Shown here piece after piece: positions 8,471 through 19,190 of a stretch of 53,972 nt of DNA; the first letter of the stretch is position 1, and each line of letters starts with the position of its first letter. Below the pieces are notes generated by a model. The model saw nothing but the letters and a program-made list of their open reading frames with translations. It ran no database searches and was not told the DNA's origin. This DNA is from Clostridia bacterium. GTDB lineage: Bacteria > Bacillota > Clostridia > Oscillospirales > Acutalibacteraceae. The stretch spans positions 1-53,972 of the forward strand of contig JAFTUP010000199.1 in assembly GCA_017466205.1 (NCBI GenBank), read 5' to 3'. The position numbers and the translations under genes are program-made.

Positions 8471-9313
8471 TCACACAGTATCGGCAAATGTTTTTTCTAT
8501 TCTGCTAAATAAAACTATACCGATAAAGAGAACAATAATCGTCACTATCCAACTTATTAAATAATATTTTAAGTCAAAGTATCCTGTGCCAAGAAATGCA
8601 TATCGCATAGCAATCACTACAGGTGTTATTGGATTTAACATATATAAAGAAAGATATTTTTCAGGAATTATGCTTATATCGTAAGCAATTGGCGTTGCAT
8701 ACATCCAAAGCTGTGTTCCGAACCCCACCGCCATTGCAAGGTCACGATATTTAGTGGTACAAGCAGAAATTATAACACCAAAACCGAGGCCAAGTAAAGC
8801 AAGCTGAACAATGAACAACGGAAATAAAAAAATGTACAAATTAGGCTCAACACCCGAAGGTACTATTAGATAATAAATCCAAAATATTAAGAAAAATACA
8901 AATTGAATTGCAAATGGAATAAGTTGAGATATTACCGAAGAAATGGGCATTACAAGTCTTGGAAAATACACCTTTCCAAGGATTGCCGCATTTGCAGTAA
9001 AGGTACTTGAGGTTGTTGTTAAACAGCCTGAAAAATACTGCCAGACTATATTTGCACTTAAGTAAAACAGAAATGTGGGAACTCCGGCTGGAGCTAACCC
9101 TGCAACATTACCAAAAACAAGAGTAAATATTACTGTTGTTATAAAAGGCTGTATAATTGCCCACGCAGGACCTAAAATAGTTTGCTTATATTGTGAAGTA
9201 AAATTTCTTTTAACAAACAAAATTATAAGGTCCTTATATTTTAAAAGTTCCTTCAAGTGTAAATCAAACCAACCATTTTTTGGCTGAATGACTGTTGTGA
9301 ATTTTTCGTTCAT
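8471..9313 (-). CDS. ABC-2 type polysaccharide export permease (Wzm/TagG-like)
   Basis: 280 aa with six predicted TM segments. It lies directly upstream of the Wzt/TagH-like ATPase, and ILGPAWAIIQPF is an ABC-2 N-terminal pattern. Confidence 0.85.
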   Translation of the reverse strand: MNEKFTTVIQPKNGWFDLHLKELLKYKDLIILFVKRNFTSQYKQTILGPAWAIIQPFITTVIFTLVFGNVAGLAPAGVPTFLFYLSANIVWQYFSGCLTTTSSTFTANAAILGKVYFPRLVMPISSVISQLIPFAIQFVFFLIFWIYYLIVPSGVEPNLYIFLFPLFIVQLALLGLGFGVIISACTTKYRDLAMAVGFGTQLWMYATPIAYDISIIPEKYLSLYMLNPITPVVIAMRYAFLGTGYFDLKYYLISWIVTIIVLFIGIVLFSRIEKTFADTV

Positions 9314-9328
9314 TTTATTCCTCTCGTT

Positions 9329-10513
9329 TTAAAATAATTGTTCAAGTTGTAAAATAATTTTTTGATTTATACCATCAAAATCACAATTCATCAAAGCGCT
9401 TTTACAGCACTTAAGTTTTTCTCTGTTTTCGTACAAATTCGAAATGCTTTCACAAACGGATTTTTCATTTGCATCGCACAAAAATCCATCAACATTATTT
9501 TCAATTTGATTTCCTGCCGCTGCGTAGGTTGTAAGAATTGGTGTACAAAGAATTTTAGCTTCCATAATAGAAAGGCTATAGCCTTCAAACAAACTCGGCT
9601 GAATAAACAAATCGCAATTTTTCATATATGGATAAGGGTTATTTTTCATCCCCAACATAAAAATATGCTTTTCCATTTCAAGTGCCGATATTTGTTCTCG
9701 GAGCTCCTCTTCAAGGGGTCCTCCGCCCACCATATACCAATTAATGTCTGTATATCCTTCCCTGACAAGTTTACTAATGGCCTCCACTGTATAACTCAAG
9801 CCCTTAACAGGCGATAATCTTCCGCAGGAAACTATATTAAAATTATTTTCCGAAAAAAGACCTTCTTCAATAGGCTCTCTACTTTTTTCTATAATTGAAT
9901 CTATATCTATAACATTATTAACAGTAACAATTTTTTTTGCGTATTTTTTTCTATATACCTTCAGTTTTTCTGCAATATTATCTGATACTGCAATTATCTT
10001 TTCACTTTTTTTGTAGCCATAGCGGTCGTGATATTCCTTCCGCATTGCACCGTGGTGATAAAACATTAAAAATTTTTTTGCATTTATAGCCTTAACCGTT
10101 ATTTCTGCCACTCTATCACTATAAATAACAGCTGTATCAAAGCCTTCTCCCTTCAATTGTTCTTTTATGTAAACGGAATAAAGATGATTTTCCAAGGCTT
10201 TAAACAAAATATTCAGTATATGCCACAGGAAACGGCGAAAACGAGTAGCCCCTTGTGGTTCTTCTAATATATCATATAGCTTTTTATATTTGTAAGGCTT
10301 TGTAAATGTAACAAGGCTATGCCTGTCTGCCACAATAAGTCTGCAGTTTTTTGTTAACCTTTCCGCCATATCAAGATAATTTTCCGAAATAAGACAGGTC
10401 ACTTCATATTTATTGTAATCAAGCTTATTAATAAGATTTACAAGTGCTGTTTCTATTCCGCCAATCCACAAGGCCTGACTTACAAAAATAATTTTTTTCT
10501 TATTATTTTTCAA
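9329..10513 (-). CDS. GT4 (GT-B fold) glycosyltransferase
   Basis: The C-terminal pattern FIQPSLFEGYSLSIMEAKILCTPIL is an E-x7-E type motif. Confidence 0.8.
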   Translation of the reverse strand: MKNNKKKIIFVSQALWIGGIETALVNLINKLDYNKYEVTCLISENYLDMAERLTKNCRLIVADRHSLVTFTKPYKYKKLYDILEEPQGATRFRRFLWHILNILFKALENHLYSVYIKEQLKGEGFDTAVIYSDRVAEITVKAINAKKFLMFYHHGAMRKEYHDRYGYKKSEKIIAVSDNIAEKLKVYRKKYAKKIVTVNNVIDIDSIIEKSREPIEEGLFSENNFNIVSCGRLSPVKGLSYTVEAISKLVREGYTDINWYMVGGGPLEEELREQISALEMEKHIFMLGMKNNPYPYMKNCDLFIQPSLFEGYSLSIMEAKILCTPILTTYAAAGNQIENNVDGFLCDANEKSVCESISNLYENREKLKCCKSALMNCDFDGINQKIILQLEQLF

Positions 10514-11504
10514 AGCTACTCTTCTCCGATAAAATAGTTTGGAATGCAGATTTCAATTCTTCCGAAAGGTACTGAAAACTATTCTCATCTGCACCGTCAT
10601 TTACGCATATCATATCATTACTCTGGTTCTTAATAGCACTACACACAAACTCCGATGTATTTTCATTAACAGAACAAACAAGGTTATCTGTGTTATAGGG
10701 ACTAAAGTTTCCACTTGCTATTTGCCACCAAAGCATTACCCATTGGTTAACATCATCCGCAGAACGGAACTTATGGAAGCTTGTTTTATTAAGCAAGTCA
10801 CATTCCTTTTCCCACACCTCTTCAAAGGTCTTTTTTAAATATGCTGCGGGAGCATGAAGATTTTTAAAGCCTAAAAAGTTATCAGGAAAAAGCTTTTCCA
10901 GTACAAAGGTTCTTACATTATCCCGCCACCTGTAACTTGAGCTAATATATTTCTTCTTAAAGTTTTTTACTTGTTCTTTTTTATCAAAATGGGTATTTAT
11001 AACACCCATAGCATTAACTGCTGCATGTTGCCAGATACCTGTATCCCCTTTAAATACCATAGGCTCTTCACCACCATAAGTACAGGGTAAGCCCTCGCTA
11101 AAAAATGCCTTTTCATCCATATAACGAACAACAAATGTATCATCATTAAAATAAACAAACTTATCCGTGAGACCGGGTATGCGATGAATATTCATTTCAA
11201 TGGCGTGGGAGCTGAAGGTAGGTAAATATTCATTTGGAATAAAATCCTTATGATTGACTATATTCAGTTTTGGATTCTCTGTGTTAAGAAATTCCGGAAT
11301 ATGTCCCCATGTAACAAAATGTATTTTATTAACCCACGGAGTAAATTTTTCAACACCTCGAAACCAATAGGGAAGCAATCCCCAATCACGATAACGACTT
11401 ACAGAGTTGCTGTCATCATTAACATTGGAATCGTATTTAGATTTTTCACTTTGCCATTTAGGGTCATTACCGTCAACCCAAAGAATAACAAAATCTATTC
11501 CCAT
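10503..11504 (-). CDS. Stealth-family hexose-1-phosphate (capsule phosphodiester) transferase
   Basis: CR1-like DFVILWVDGNDPKW. CR2-like HKDFIPNEYLPTFSSHAIEMNIHRIPGLTDKFVYFNDDTF. Confidence 0.75.
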   Translation of the reverse strand: MGIDFVILWVDGNDPKWQSEKSKYDSNVNDDSNSVSRYRDWGLLPYWFRGVEKFTPWVNKIHFVTWGHIPEFLNTENPKLNIVNHKDFIPNEYLPTFSSHAIEMNIHRIPGLTDKFVYFNDDTFVVRYMDEKAFFSEGLPCTYGGEEPMVFKGDTGIWQHAAVNAMGVINTHFDKKEQVKNFKKKYISSSYRWRDNVRTFVLEKLFPDNFLGFKNLHAPAAYLKKTFEEVWEKECDLLNKTSFHKFRSADDVNQWVMLWWQIASGNFSPYNTDNLVCSVNENTSEFVCSAIKNQSNDMICVNDGADENSFQYLSEELKSAFQTILSEKSSFEK

Positions 11505-12604
11505 AACAAACCTCTTATTTTATTTGTTTTTTGTTTTATAAACTCACACAACAATCCACAACAATAATCTACTTTAAATAATTTAAATATAACTATTCTT
11601 ATATAATCCAACACTATACAGCCTATGAAAATTGCGAGAGATATTGCTATTATTAATACTGATGCTGCTAAAATATTATATTCCGTCAACCATATAAAGG
11701 CATCCTTTAAGATTCTCCAGAAAACCAAGGGATGAACATGAATTATGTAAACAGAAAAAATAGCAGGAGTAACAAAACTAATTAATTTTATAAGCTTTTT
11801 ATTATTTACCTTAATGTTACTGAAATAAAGCAACAAGCAAACCGCCTCACCTACCGCGACAGGTGATGTGTACGACAGAAAAAGGTCTCCATGAGAAGGA
11901 ACACCAAAAAGCTTAGTTGTTACAAGCTCAATAAAATACTTGTATATAAAATTCAATAAAGCAAAGCCTAAAAATGCAATAATACACTTATATGGTTTTT
12001 TTATTGTTACAGGGTATTTTGAAAAATATCCGCCAACCAAATACATAACCATAAGCCACGAAAATTCAAATCCGTTTTGTATTCGTAAAACATCGTTCCC
12101 TAAAGCTAAAAACGGAACAATGCAAAAAACGAAGGTTACTGCTAAAAGAAAATACTGAAATGTTTTTTTGGTTAATGTTCGTATAAGGTGGTTTAAAAAT
12201 GGACTGAACATAAACACTACAAAATACGCATTAAAAAACCAATAACGACCCCTTATTAAAGGAAGGAACATCGATACAGCTTCCTTTACAGAAAAGAACT
12301 CTTTGTTAAAAACAAACAAAATCAGGGAAACGCCTACAGACCAAAAAACAACATTCGCCCATAGCTTAATGATTTTTTCTAATTTGAAGGTGTTTTGCCA
12401 ACCTACATAACCGCTGACAAGAGCAAAGCAGTTTACACCACAATAAGCGATAACACATATTGTATTGAAAAAGTAGTAACCACCTTGCAGACCCTCGTTA
12501 AAATAAGCAGACAAAACTCCGCCCTGCATCAATATGTGAACCATAATAATAAAATACATTGATACAATGCGAAGAATATCTATTCCCACATTTCTTTGCT
12601 TCAT
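11495..12604 (-). CDS. Acyltransferase-3 family membrane O-acyltransferase
   Basis: Polytopic, 369 aa. The N-terminus RNVGIDILRIVSMYFIIMVHI is typical of the family. Confidence 0.8.
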   Translation of the reverse strand: MKQRNVGIDILRIVSMYFIIMVHILMQGGVLSAYFNEGLQGGYYFFNTICVIAYCGVNCFALVSGYVGWQNTFKLEKIIKLWANVVFWSVGVSLILFVFNKEFFSVKEAVSMFLPLIRGRYWFFNAYFVVFMFSPFLNHLIRTLTKKTFQYFLLAVTFVFCIVPFLALGNDVLRIQNGFEFSWLMVMYLVGGYFSKYPVTIKKPYKCIIAFLGFALLNFIYKYFIELVTTKLFGVPSHGDLFLSYTSPVAVGEAVCLLLYFSNIKVNNKKLIKLISFVTPAIFSVYIIHVHPLVFWRILKDAFIWLTEYNILAASVLIIAISLAIFIGCIVLDYIRIVIFKLFKVDYCCGLLCEFIKQKTNKIRGLLWE

Positions 12605-12614
12605 TACTTTCCTC

Positions 12615-13631
12615 TTATCTTCTTACTATACTTTTTACTAAAACCGCAACCTTATGCCTTGCCTGTGTTTTTAAGTTCAATAAGCGTATTTTTAAATATC
12701 GTTCTTCTTTAATATCATTAAAAAAGCTTATATACCTTTCAGGAATTTTACCTTGGTTAATTTCCGTAAAAAGCTTGTTGTTTTTAAAGCTTTCTGCAAT
12801 TTTTTTAATTTGTTTCCTGTTGGAATAATACATCTTTTGTGAAAGGAGCATAAAAAAGAAATTATTAAATACACTGTCTCCGATTTCATCAACAGCTAAT
12901 TCATTGATAGCTTTTTTAAATGGAAAAACATATTCACACAAATCATCTATTCTTTTTAATCTGTTAAAGGCATTTTTCTCGTTTTCAGACTGCCTGTAAT
13001 AATACAAAGCTTTCGGCAAGCAATATATATTTTCACACACCTTTAAGCATTCTAAGGAAAACAAAAAATCCTCCATTAAAAAGTAATTGGTATTAAATAA
13101 GATGTTGTTATCTATAATCAGAGCTCTTTTATAAAACTTGTTGCATGACGATGCAAGAGAGTTTGTGTTGTAAAAACTGTCCAGTTCTGCCCTTATTTGG
13201 TTTTTATTAAGCATTCCGCTCTGCTCCGGAACCAATTTATCGTTCCTGTAGATTTTTCCGTTTTTATAGTAATCAAATCGCATGCCGAAAACAAGTATAT
13301 CAGGTTTTTCTTTTTCTAAAATATCAACACACTCTGAAAATCCGTTTTCTTCAGCAGTATCATCTGCATCAAAAAACATAATATATTCACCTTTTGAAAC
13401 ACCTATACCCTTATTTCTGGTTGCTGAAACGCCGCTGTTTTGTTGCTCAAAATATTGTATAAAGCCATATTCTTTGCAAAGGCTCTTACAAATTCCGGCA
13501 GTATTATCAAAAGAACCATCATTAACTATTACTATCTCGTAATCCTTTAAGCCTGCGGAGATTATACTGTTAACAGTACGCTTTATGCTTGTTTCACAAT
13601 TAAACGCAGGAATTATAACGCTAAGCAACAC
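12615..13631 (-). CDS. GT2 glycosyltransferase
   Basis: LSVIIPAFNCETSIKRTV, VNDGSFDNT and FFDADD are present. Confidence 0.85.
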   Translation of the reverse strand: MLLSVIIPAFNCETSIKRTVNSIISAGLKDYEIVIVNDGSFDNTAGICKSLCKEYGFIQYFEQQNSGVSATRNKGIGVSKGEYIMFFDADDTAEENGFSECVDILEKEKPDILVFGMRFDYYKNGKIYRNDKLVPEQSGMLNKNQIRAELDSFYNTNSLASSCNKFYKRALIIDNNILFNTNYFLMEDFLFSLECLKVCENIYCLPKALYYYRQSENEKNAFNRLKRIDDLCEYVFPFKKAINELAVDEIGDSVFNNFFFMLLSQKMYYSNRKQIKKIAESFKNNKLFTEINQGKIPERYISFFNDIKEERYLKIRLLNLKTQARHKVAVLVKSIVRR

Positions 13632-14742
13632 CTGTTAACCACTCCTCCCAGAAAAATCTGTAATTAGTATAGTCATCATATATGTTAATATCTACATCAA
13701 TATAGCACTTGTTGTAATACCAAACAAGGAATATAGCTAACAAAATTATAATTGCAAACTTTTGCTTTGGTAAAATGTCTAACCTGATACCTTCACTAAT
13801 CCCCTCAAGCTTTTCATCCTTATAATCTGCAAAGGAAAGGGGAACAAAAATAATAAGGAACTGTAAATAGTAGTCCGTAAGCCTTGTAAAAACATTGTCG
13901 AAACCCGAGAACATTTGCAGAACCGCCGCTGCAACCATCAGGTTGGCAACCTTTGAAAAATACTTACCATTAAAGCCTCTTAAAGCAAATCCGGCTATTA
14001 TAAACAGAAGTATTAAAAAGAAACGTCCTCCTAAATCAGCACTATCGCCAATAACATCCTCTTCATAATAAAAATCCTGCATCAGCTTTACTATCTGGTT
14101 TTTATTAACAAATATAACTGTCGCACTACAAATATATATTAAAAAAGTTGGTAAGGTAAATTTTCGCTTTGATAAATAATATGCCGGCAGAAATATAAGC
14201 GAAGGCTTATGAACAAAGGTAGCCAATACTGTAAACAATACGAACTGCTTTGGTCTTTCTTCCATAATACCAACAAAAGCTATCATTATAAGCCCCATTG
14301 CTATCGATTGCTTAATTGCGCTAAAGCCAAAGGAGTAAAAACCCATGCAGTTCCATACCAAAAAACTGAGCCAAGGAAGGGATGAATATTTATAAATTAA
14401 ATAAGCTACCACAACCTCGATAAATATAGCAACGACAATAAGAAATACTTGAAATTCACCATCAGACAAGATTGAAAAAAACTTCATCAGCCAATTGAAA
14501 CCGAAGTTTTTACCTTCTTGAAAAACCTCTTCGCTGAACCATCCCTGGTCGGTTATACGCCAATAATTGTAGCAATAGGATTGCATATCACCGGTCAGAT
14601 ACGGATGCCTTAAGCCTGACAAAAGTGAGTGGAGAACAGTCATTATTACAATATATTGCTTCCTGTCTTTTGTGCCTTGGGGCATTAAAACACCAAAAGC
14701 CATAATTGCAACTAAAAGTAAATAGTATTCTAAACTTTCCAT
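13621..14742 (-). CDS. EpsG-family polytopic membrane protein (Wzy-like repeat-unit polymerase)
   Basis: More than 10 TM helices with EpsG-like composition. ATG at 14742 is preceded by AAGGAGA; the ORF-track start at 14757 lies inside that RBS. Confidence 0.7.
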   Translation of the reverse strand: MESLEYYLLLVAIMAFGVLMPQGTKDRKQYIVIMTVLHSLLSGLRHPYLTGDMQSYCYNYWRITDQGWFSEEVFQEGKNFGFNWLMKFFSILSDGEFQVFLIVVAIFIEVVVAYLIYKYSSLPWLSFLVWNCMGFYSFGFSAIKQSIAMGLIMIAFVGIMEERPKQFVLFTVLATFVHKPSLIFLPAYYLSKRKFTLPTFLIYICSATVIFVNKNQIVKLMQDFYYEEDVIGDSADLGGRFFLILLFIIAGFALRGFNGKYFSKVANLMVAAAVLQMFSGFDNVFTRLTDYYLQFLIIFVPLSFADYKDEKLEGISEGIRLDILPKQKFAIIILLAIFLVWYYNKCYIDVDINIYDDYTNYRFFWEEWLTGVA

Positions 14743-14760
14743 GCTGTCTCCTTTCAAGTT

Positions 14761-15867
14761 TTATTTTATAAAAACAAAGAAATCTTCTGTTACTTTAACT
14801 GAAGCTTCAATTGAAAAGCCTCTACCCCTTTCTATAGCGTTCCTCTCGTATTCTTCTTTTAAGCTGTTGTCGGCCAAAAGCTTTTTAATTCCTTCCGATA
14901 ACGCTTTTGCATCACATTCAGTTATTATTCCGTATTGGGAGCTTCCTAAAAGCTCCTCCATTCCGTTGCATTTAGTTGTAACAATAGCTTTTCCTAATAT
15001 AAGCCCCTCTGCAACAAATGAAGAAAAGCCTTCATAATCCGATGAGATAGCTAATAAATCCGCATTTTTAATATAGGGGTAGGGATTACTTTTAAAGCCT
15101 GAAAGAGTAACCGTCCGCTGAACACCGGAGGAGATAATAGTTTGCTCTAAGTTTACCCTTTCGCCACCTTCGCCGATTATTAAAAGGTTATTTGAAATAC
15201 CGTCATCTAAAAGTAGTCTGTGAGCCTCAATCAGCCTATCAAATCTTTTTTGTTTTGAGAGTCTGCCTACCGAAACAATTGTAGGAGTTTTTTCATAAAA
15301 AGAATAATCATCAACCGTTTCATCTGCTTTTTCTTTAATGCTGTAATCATCTATAACATTGTATATAACTTCAGTATCAAATTCGTTCCCGTATATACTT
15401 TTAAAGCTGTTTTCTACATCCCGGGAAACGCACACAACCTTATCAAACTTCTTATACCAATTCACGCTTTTTGTCTTAAATTCATTTATATTGCTCAACT
15501 TTTTTGACAAATCACAATGAACCCAAGCAATTTTTTTTGCTTTTTTATTTGTTGATGTTGAAATAACCTTTGTAGCACCGCATTCAAGGTAAGCAACCTC
15601 TATATCATAATTGTCCTTAATATGTAGAGGGTAAATTGTTTTCAAAAAAACACTAAGTCTGTATTTATAATTATTTAATTTTGAGTAACAAGGATATATG
15701 TATTTATATCTGATATTCTTGTTTAAATATTTTTCAGGATTTTCCCTCCAGACAGTTTGAACCGTAATATCAAACTTTTCTTTATCCATATTGTTAACAA
15801 GGTTTTGGAGAACCTTTTCTGCTCCACCACCAGATAAGGTTTCTATAAAAAACAAAATCTTAATCAT
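14761..15867 (-). CDS. GT4 glycosyltransferase
   Basis: N-terminus MIKILFFIETLSGGGAEKV. C-terminus SSDYEGFSSFVAEGLILGKAIV. ATG at 15867 lies 2 nt after the upstream stop; the ORF-track TTG is at 15882. Confidence 0.8.
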   Translation of the reverse strand: MIKILFFIETLSGGGAEKVLQNLVNNMDKEKFDITVQTVWRENPEKYLNKNIRYKYIYPCYSKLNNYKYRLSVFLKTIYPLHIKDNYDIEVAYLECGATKVISTSTNKKAKKIAWVHCDLSKKLSNINEFKTKSVNWYKKFDKVVCVSRDVENSFKSIYGNEFDTEVIYNVIDDYSIKEKADETVDDYSFYEKTPTIVSVGRLSKQKRFDRLIEAHRLLLDDGISNNLLIIGEGGERVNLEQTIISSGVQRTVTLSGFKSNPYPYIKNADLLAISSDYEGFSSFVAEGLILGKAIVTTKCNGMEELLGSSQYGIITECDAKALSEGIKKLLADNSLKEEYERNAIERGRGFSIEASVKVTEDFFVFIK

Positions 15868-15869
15868 AT

Positions 15870-16964
15870 TTAAATACCACAATAAATATCAGCAATCTTA
15901 TTTACCATTTTTTTGCTGTCCAAGCCTAAATTTTCAATGATTTTTTCGTATTTATATGAAGTAAGTCTCTCGGAATCACAGATAGCTTCAACCCACATAT
16001 CCGCTGAATCGTTCAACGACAATCTTCTTATCAAATCAGTTAATACCACATCTTGAGGAACGTTATCGCTCATCACACAAGGCAAACCGTTAGTCTGCAC
16101 CTCGATAACCGAAAGAGGCATACCCTCGTACAACGACGGAAACACAAAAGTATCCATTGCACTTAAATATTTATGTACATCCGTAACATTACCTGTCATT
16201 ATTATCTTCCCAGATAAACCAAGGTCAATTATCTGCTTCTCTAATTTTTGCCTGTCTTCACCTTCACCTAAAAAAAGAAGTTTGGCATTGCTCTTCTTTT
16301 TTAGTATTTCAGGCATCAAATTTATCAAGAAACTTTGGTTTTTCACTTCTGCTAAATGTCCCACATGACCTATAACAAAGTTATCTGTAACTTTGAGATT
16401 TTTTCTTATTTCTTCACGATAAATTTCACTATAAGCAAACTTTTTTGTATCTATGCCATTAAGAATAGTGACTCCTTTTTTATGGTATCGAGTTTTACCG
16501 AAAAGAATTTCTCCTGCTTTTATACCGCAACCTACATAATGTGTTGAAAAGTTTATTATTATCAGTTGCATAACTTTTTCATACAATCTTTGAATCCGAC
16601 TTTTATCAGGTTGAGCATCTACACTGTGAGAATGGGAAATTCTTATAGGAACTCCACACATTTTGGCTATAAGCATTGCCCAGCCTGAATTAAACATTGT
16701 ATGTGCATGCACAACGTTATACCTATTACCCTTAATCAATCTATAAAGCTCTTTCAGGTAATTAATATAGCTTGACGAAGGTTGGGATAAATGATAAACA
16801 TTACAGCCTTTTTTTATTAATTCACCTTCGTATTCCCCGATTTCATCACCAAAAACAACGTAGTCTATTTGATAAAAATCTGAATCAAGGTAAAACCCTA
16901 TGTCATGTGCTATTTTTTCAGCTCCTCCTATTTTTAAAGAAGCTGCAATCTCTAAAACTCTCAT
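15870..16964 (-). CDS. GT4 glycosyltransferase
   Basis: MRVLEIAASLKIGGAEKIA and FPSLYEGMPLSVIEVQTNGLPCV are present. Confidence 0.8.
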   Translation of the reverse strand: MRVLEIAASLKIGGAEKIAHDIGFYLDSDFYQIDYVVFGDEIGEYEGELIKKGCNVYHLSQPSSSYINYLKELYRLIKGNRYNVVHAHTMFNSGWAMLIAKMCGVPIRISHSHSVDAQPDKSRIQRLYEKVMQLIIINFSTHYVGCGIKAGEILFGKTRYHKKGVTILNGIDTKKFAYSEIYREEIRKNLKVTDNFVIGHVGHLAEVKNQSFLINLMPEILKKKSNAKLLFLGEGEDRQKLEKQIIDLGLSGKIIMTGNVTDVHKYLSAMDTFVFPSLYEGMPLSVIEVQTNGLPCVMSDNVPQDVVLTDLIRRLSLNDSADMWVEAICDSERLTSYKYEKIIENLGLDSKKMVNKIADIYCGI

Positions 16965-16976
16965 AATAATTCCTGA

Positions 16977-17957
16977 TTATTTCAATTTATTAATCACTTG
17001 AAATGTTACATCCAATATACCAACAAGTTTAACCTTTATAGGAATTGATATTATTTTGCATTTAAAACCTGTAGGAGTAACTTTTTGTCTATTAAACAAG
17101 CTGCACATAGCTTTCAGTTTTTGTCTTCGTTCAAGAAAACTTAAATTGCTTTTTGAAAGATCATTTGCTACAGAATAAGCATTCCTGTAATGAAGCCACG
17201 CTAAAGAACGATTCACAGACTCGCTTTCTATATCGCTTTTTTCCAGAGCTTTGCACATACTTTCATAAACGCAAATCAACTGCTCGGAAAGATTTTCTCT
17301 GTATCTCCTTGAAAGTGATTCCTCATTACTCACATCTACAAAATAGATATTACTGTCTATTCTTTCGATTTTATCGGCTGAAAGCAAAAATGTGAAGACA
17401 AAGGTTAAATCCTCACCTACACTCAGTTCCTCACAAAATCTCAAGCCTTTTTTTTCTATAATTTTTCGCTTATAAAGCCTTGCCCAACACGAATTAATTG
17501 ACCGTGTAACTACGCTCTCACTGATAAAAGCTTCTTTCTCGCTTAAGGTATTTACACTGCGTTCGGGCCATGCTCTCACTTCTTTAACAATCCCGTTTTT
17601 TACGATTGAAAAAACAAATTGATAAAAATCCGCATCACTTTTCGTGTAGTTATCAAGCATATCAAAGCATTCACTGTCAACATAATCATCGCTATCTACA
17701 AACATAACATATTTCCCTTTTGCAACCGAAAGCCCTGAATTTCTGGCAGAGGAAACACCGCCATTTTCTTTATGTATATAAATAATGTTATTATGTTCCG
17801 TTTGCAAAGCTTTACAAAGGCTCTCACTCTTATCCGTTGAGCCATCATTTACAATGATAATTTCCACATCAGTTCGGTCTTGTGATGTGATTGATTTTAT
17901 ACATCTTTTTATGGTTTTTTCTGAATTATAGACAGGAATAATTACTGAGTATTTCAT
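16977..17957 (-). CDS. GT2 glycosyltransferase
   Basis: MKYSVIIPVYNSEKTIKRCI, VNDGSTDKS and FVDSDD are present. The ORF-track TTG start is at 17975. Confidence 0.85.
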   Translation of the reverse strand: MKYSVIIPVYNSEKTIKRCIKSITSQDRTDVEIIIVNDGSTDKSESLCKALQTEHNNIIYIHKENGGVSSARNSGLSVAKGKYVMFVDSDDYVDSECFDMLDNYTKSDADFYQFVFSIVKNGIVKEVRAWPERSVNTLSEKEAFISESVVTRSINSCWARLYKRKIIEKKGLRFCEELSVGEDLTFVFTFLLSADKIERIDSNIYFVDVSNEESLSRRYRENLSEQLICVYESMCKALEKSDIESESVNRSLAWLHYRNAYSVANDLSKSNLSFLERRQKLKAMCSLFNRQKVTPTGFKCKIISIPIKVKLVGILDVTFQVINKLK

Positions 17958-17964
17958 TTCACTA

Positions 17965-19095
17965 TTAACCCTCAATGATGCTTAATAATAATAGCTTTAC
18001 TGTCTCTACATCAAACTGCTTACAAAGTTCAAAATTGCTTTTAGACACAACCTCACATTTTTCAGGCGATTTATAAAAGCTAAGGATAGCCTCAGCAAAC
18101 CCATCAACGGAAGTTGCTTGTACCAAAATACCGCTATCTTCGGTTACAATATCCCTATGGCCTCTGTTTTCAGAAGCAACAATCGGTAATCCCGATGCCA
18201 TCTCTTCTATCAGGTTCACTCCCAAGCCTTCTCTGATGCTTGCAGAAGCACCCAGATTACAAACAGATAAAACCCTGTTCACGTCGCGTCTATATCCTAA
18301 AAACTGAATTCTGTCCTCAACATTTAATTCGTTGCATAAATTCTCAAGGTATTCTGCTTTTTCGCCTTTTCCCATAAACACCGCCTTTAATCCGGGGCAT
18401 TCATCCTTAAGTGAAGCAATTGCTCTGATAATAACTTCCTGGTTCTTGTTATTGTTCAATTCACCGATAACTGCAACCGCAAAATCATCACCGGATAACC
18501 CAAGCTCTTTACGGATTTCCAAGCAATCCTCTTTTGATGATTTATAAAATTTTGAAGTACTTACCCCTATACCGGGTATATGGTGAATCTTTCCGTTTTT
18601 CTTTAATCTGAACCGTTTTGCAGCTTCGAAATCTTCTTTATTTATTGTTACAAGTGAGTCAGTAAAATGTGCTGCAAAGCCTTCAATTGCTTTATATATT
18701 AAATTATTGAGCTTTGAGCCACCTTTATAAAAATGAAATCCATGAGCAATATAGGTAATTTTTGTCCCCTTTTTATTAGCGAATGCCAGTCTTGTTAAAA
18801 GTCCCATTACAGGGTCATTGGTAACAACATTATCATAATGCTCTTTTTGGGCAATTTTTATTAATTGAAGAAAACCTTTCAGATTAGACATCTTAAGCGG
18901 GCTTCGGTTTAAAGCTACTGTTTTAATTGAACCATTTTTAATACCGCCAAAGAATTCAACCAAATCATCAATTCTTCCGCCAACCGGGGAACAAGCCAAA
19001 TCGACACAATAACCATTTTCGTGCCAAAACTTAATGTGATCAGTAAAAAACTGAACTGCCATTAAATCTGTACAAGTCAACAATATCTTCTTCAT
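17965..19095 (-). CDS. GT4 glycosyltransferase
   Basis: GT-B pattern with C-terminus SIREGLGVNLIEEMASGLPIV. Confidence 0.8.
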   Translation of the reverse strand: MKKILLTCTDLMAVQFFTDHIKFWHENGYCVDLACSPVGGRIDDLVEFFGGIKNGSIKTVALNRSPLKMSNLKGFLQLIKIAQKEHYDNVVTNDPVMGLLTRLAFANKKGTKITYIAHGFHFYKGGSKLNNLIYKAIEGFAAHFTDSLVTINKEDFEAAKRFRLKKNGKIHHIPGIGVSTSKFYKSSKEDCLEIRKELGLSGDDFAVAVIGELNNNKNQEVIIRAIASLKDECPGLKAVFMGKGEKAEYLENLCNELNVEDRIQFLGYRRDVNRVLSVCNLGASASIREGLGVNLIEEMASGLPIVASENRGHRDIVTEDSGILVQATSVDGFAEAILSFYKSPEKCEVVSKSNFELCKQFDVETVKLLLLSIIEG

Positions 19096-19190
19096 TTCCC
19101 TTAATACCTCAATTGTTTTTCAGCAATTATCTTCCCACTTATTTTATGAACATCGCGAAGATATACCTAATCACCTGCTACACCTCAAAA

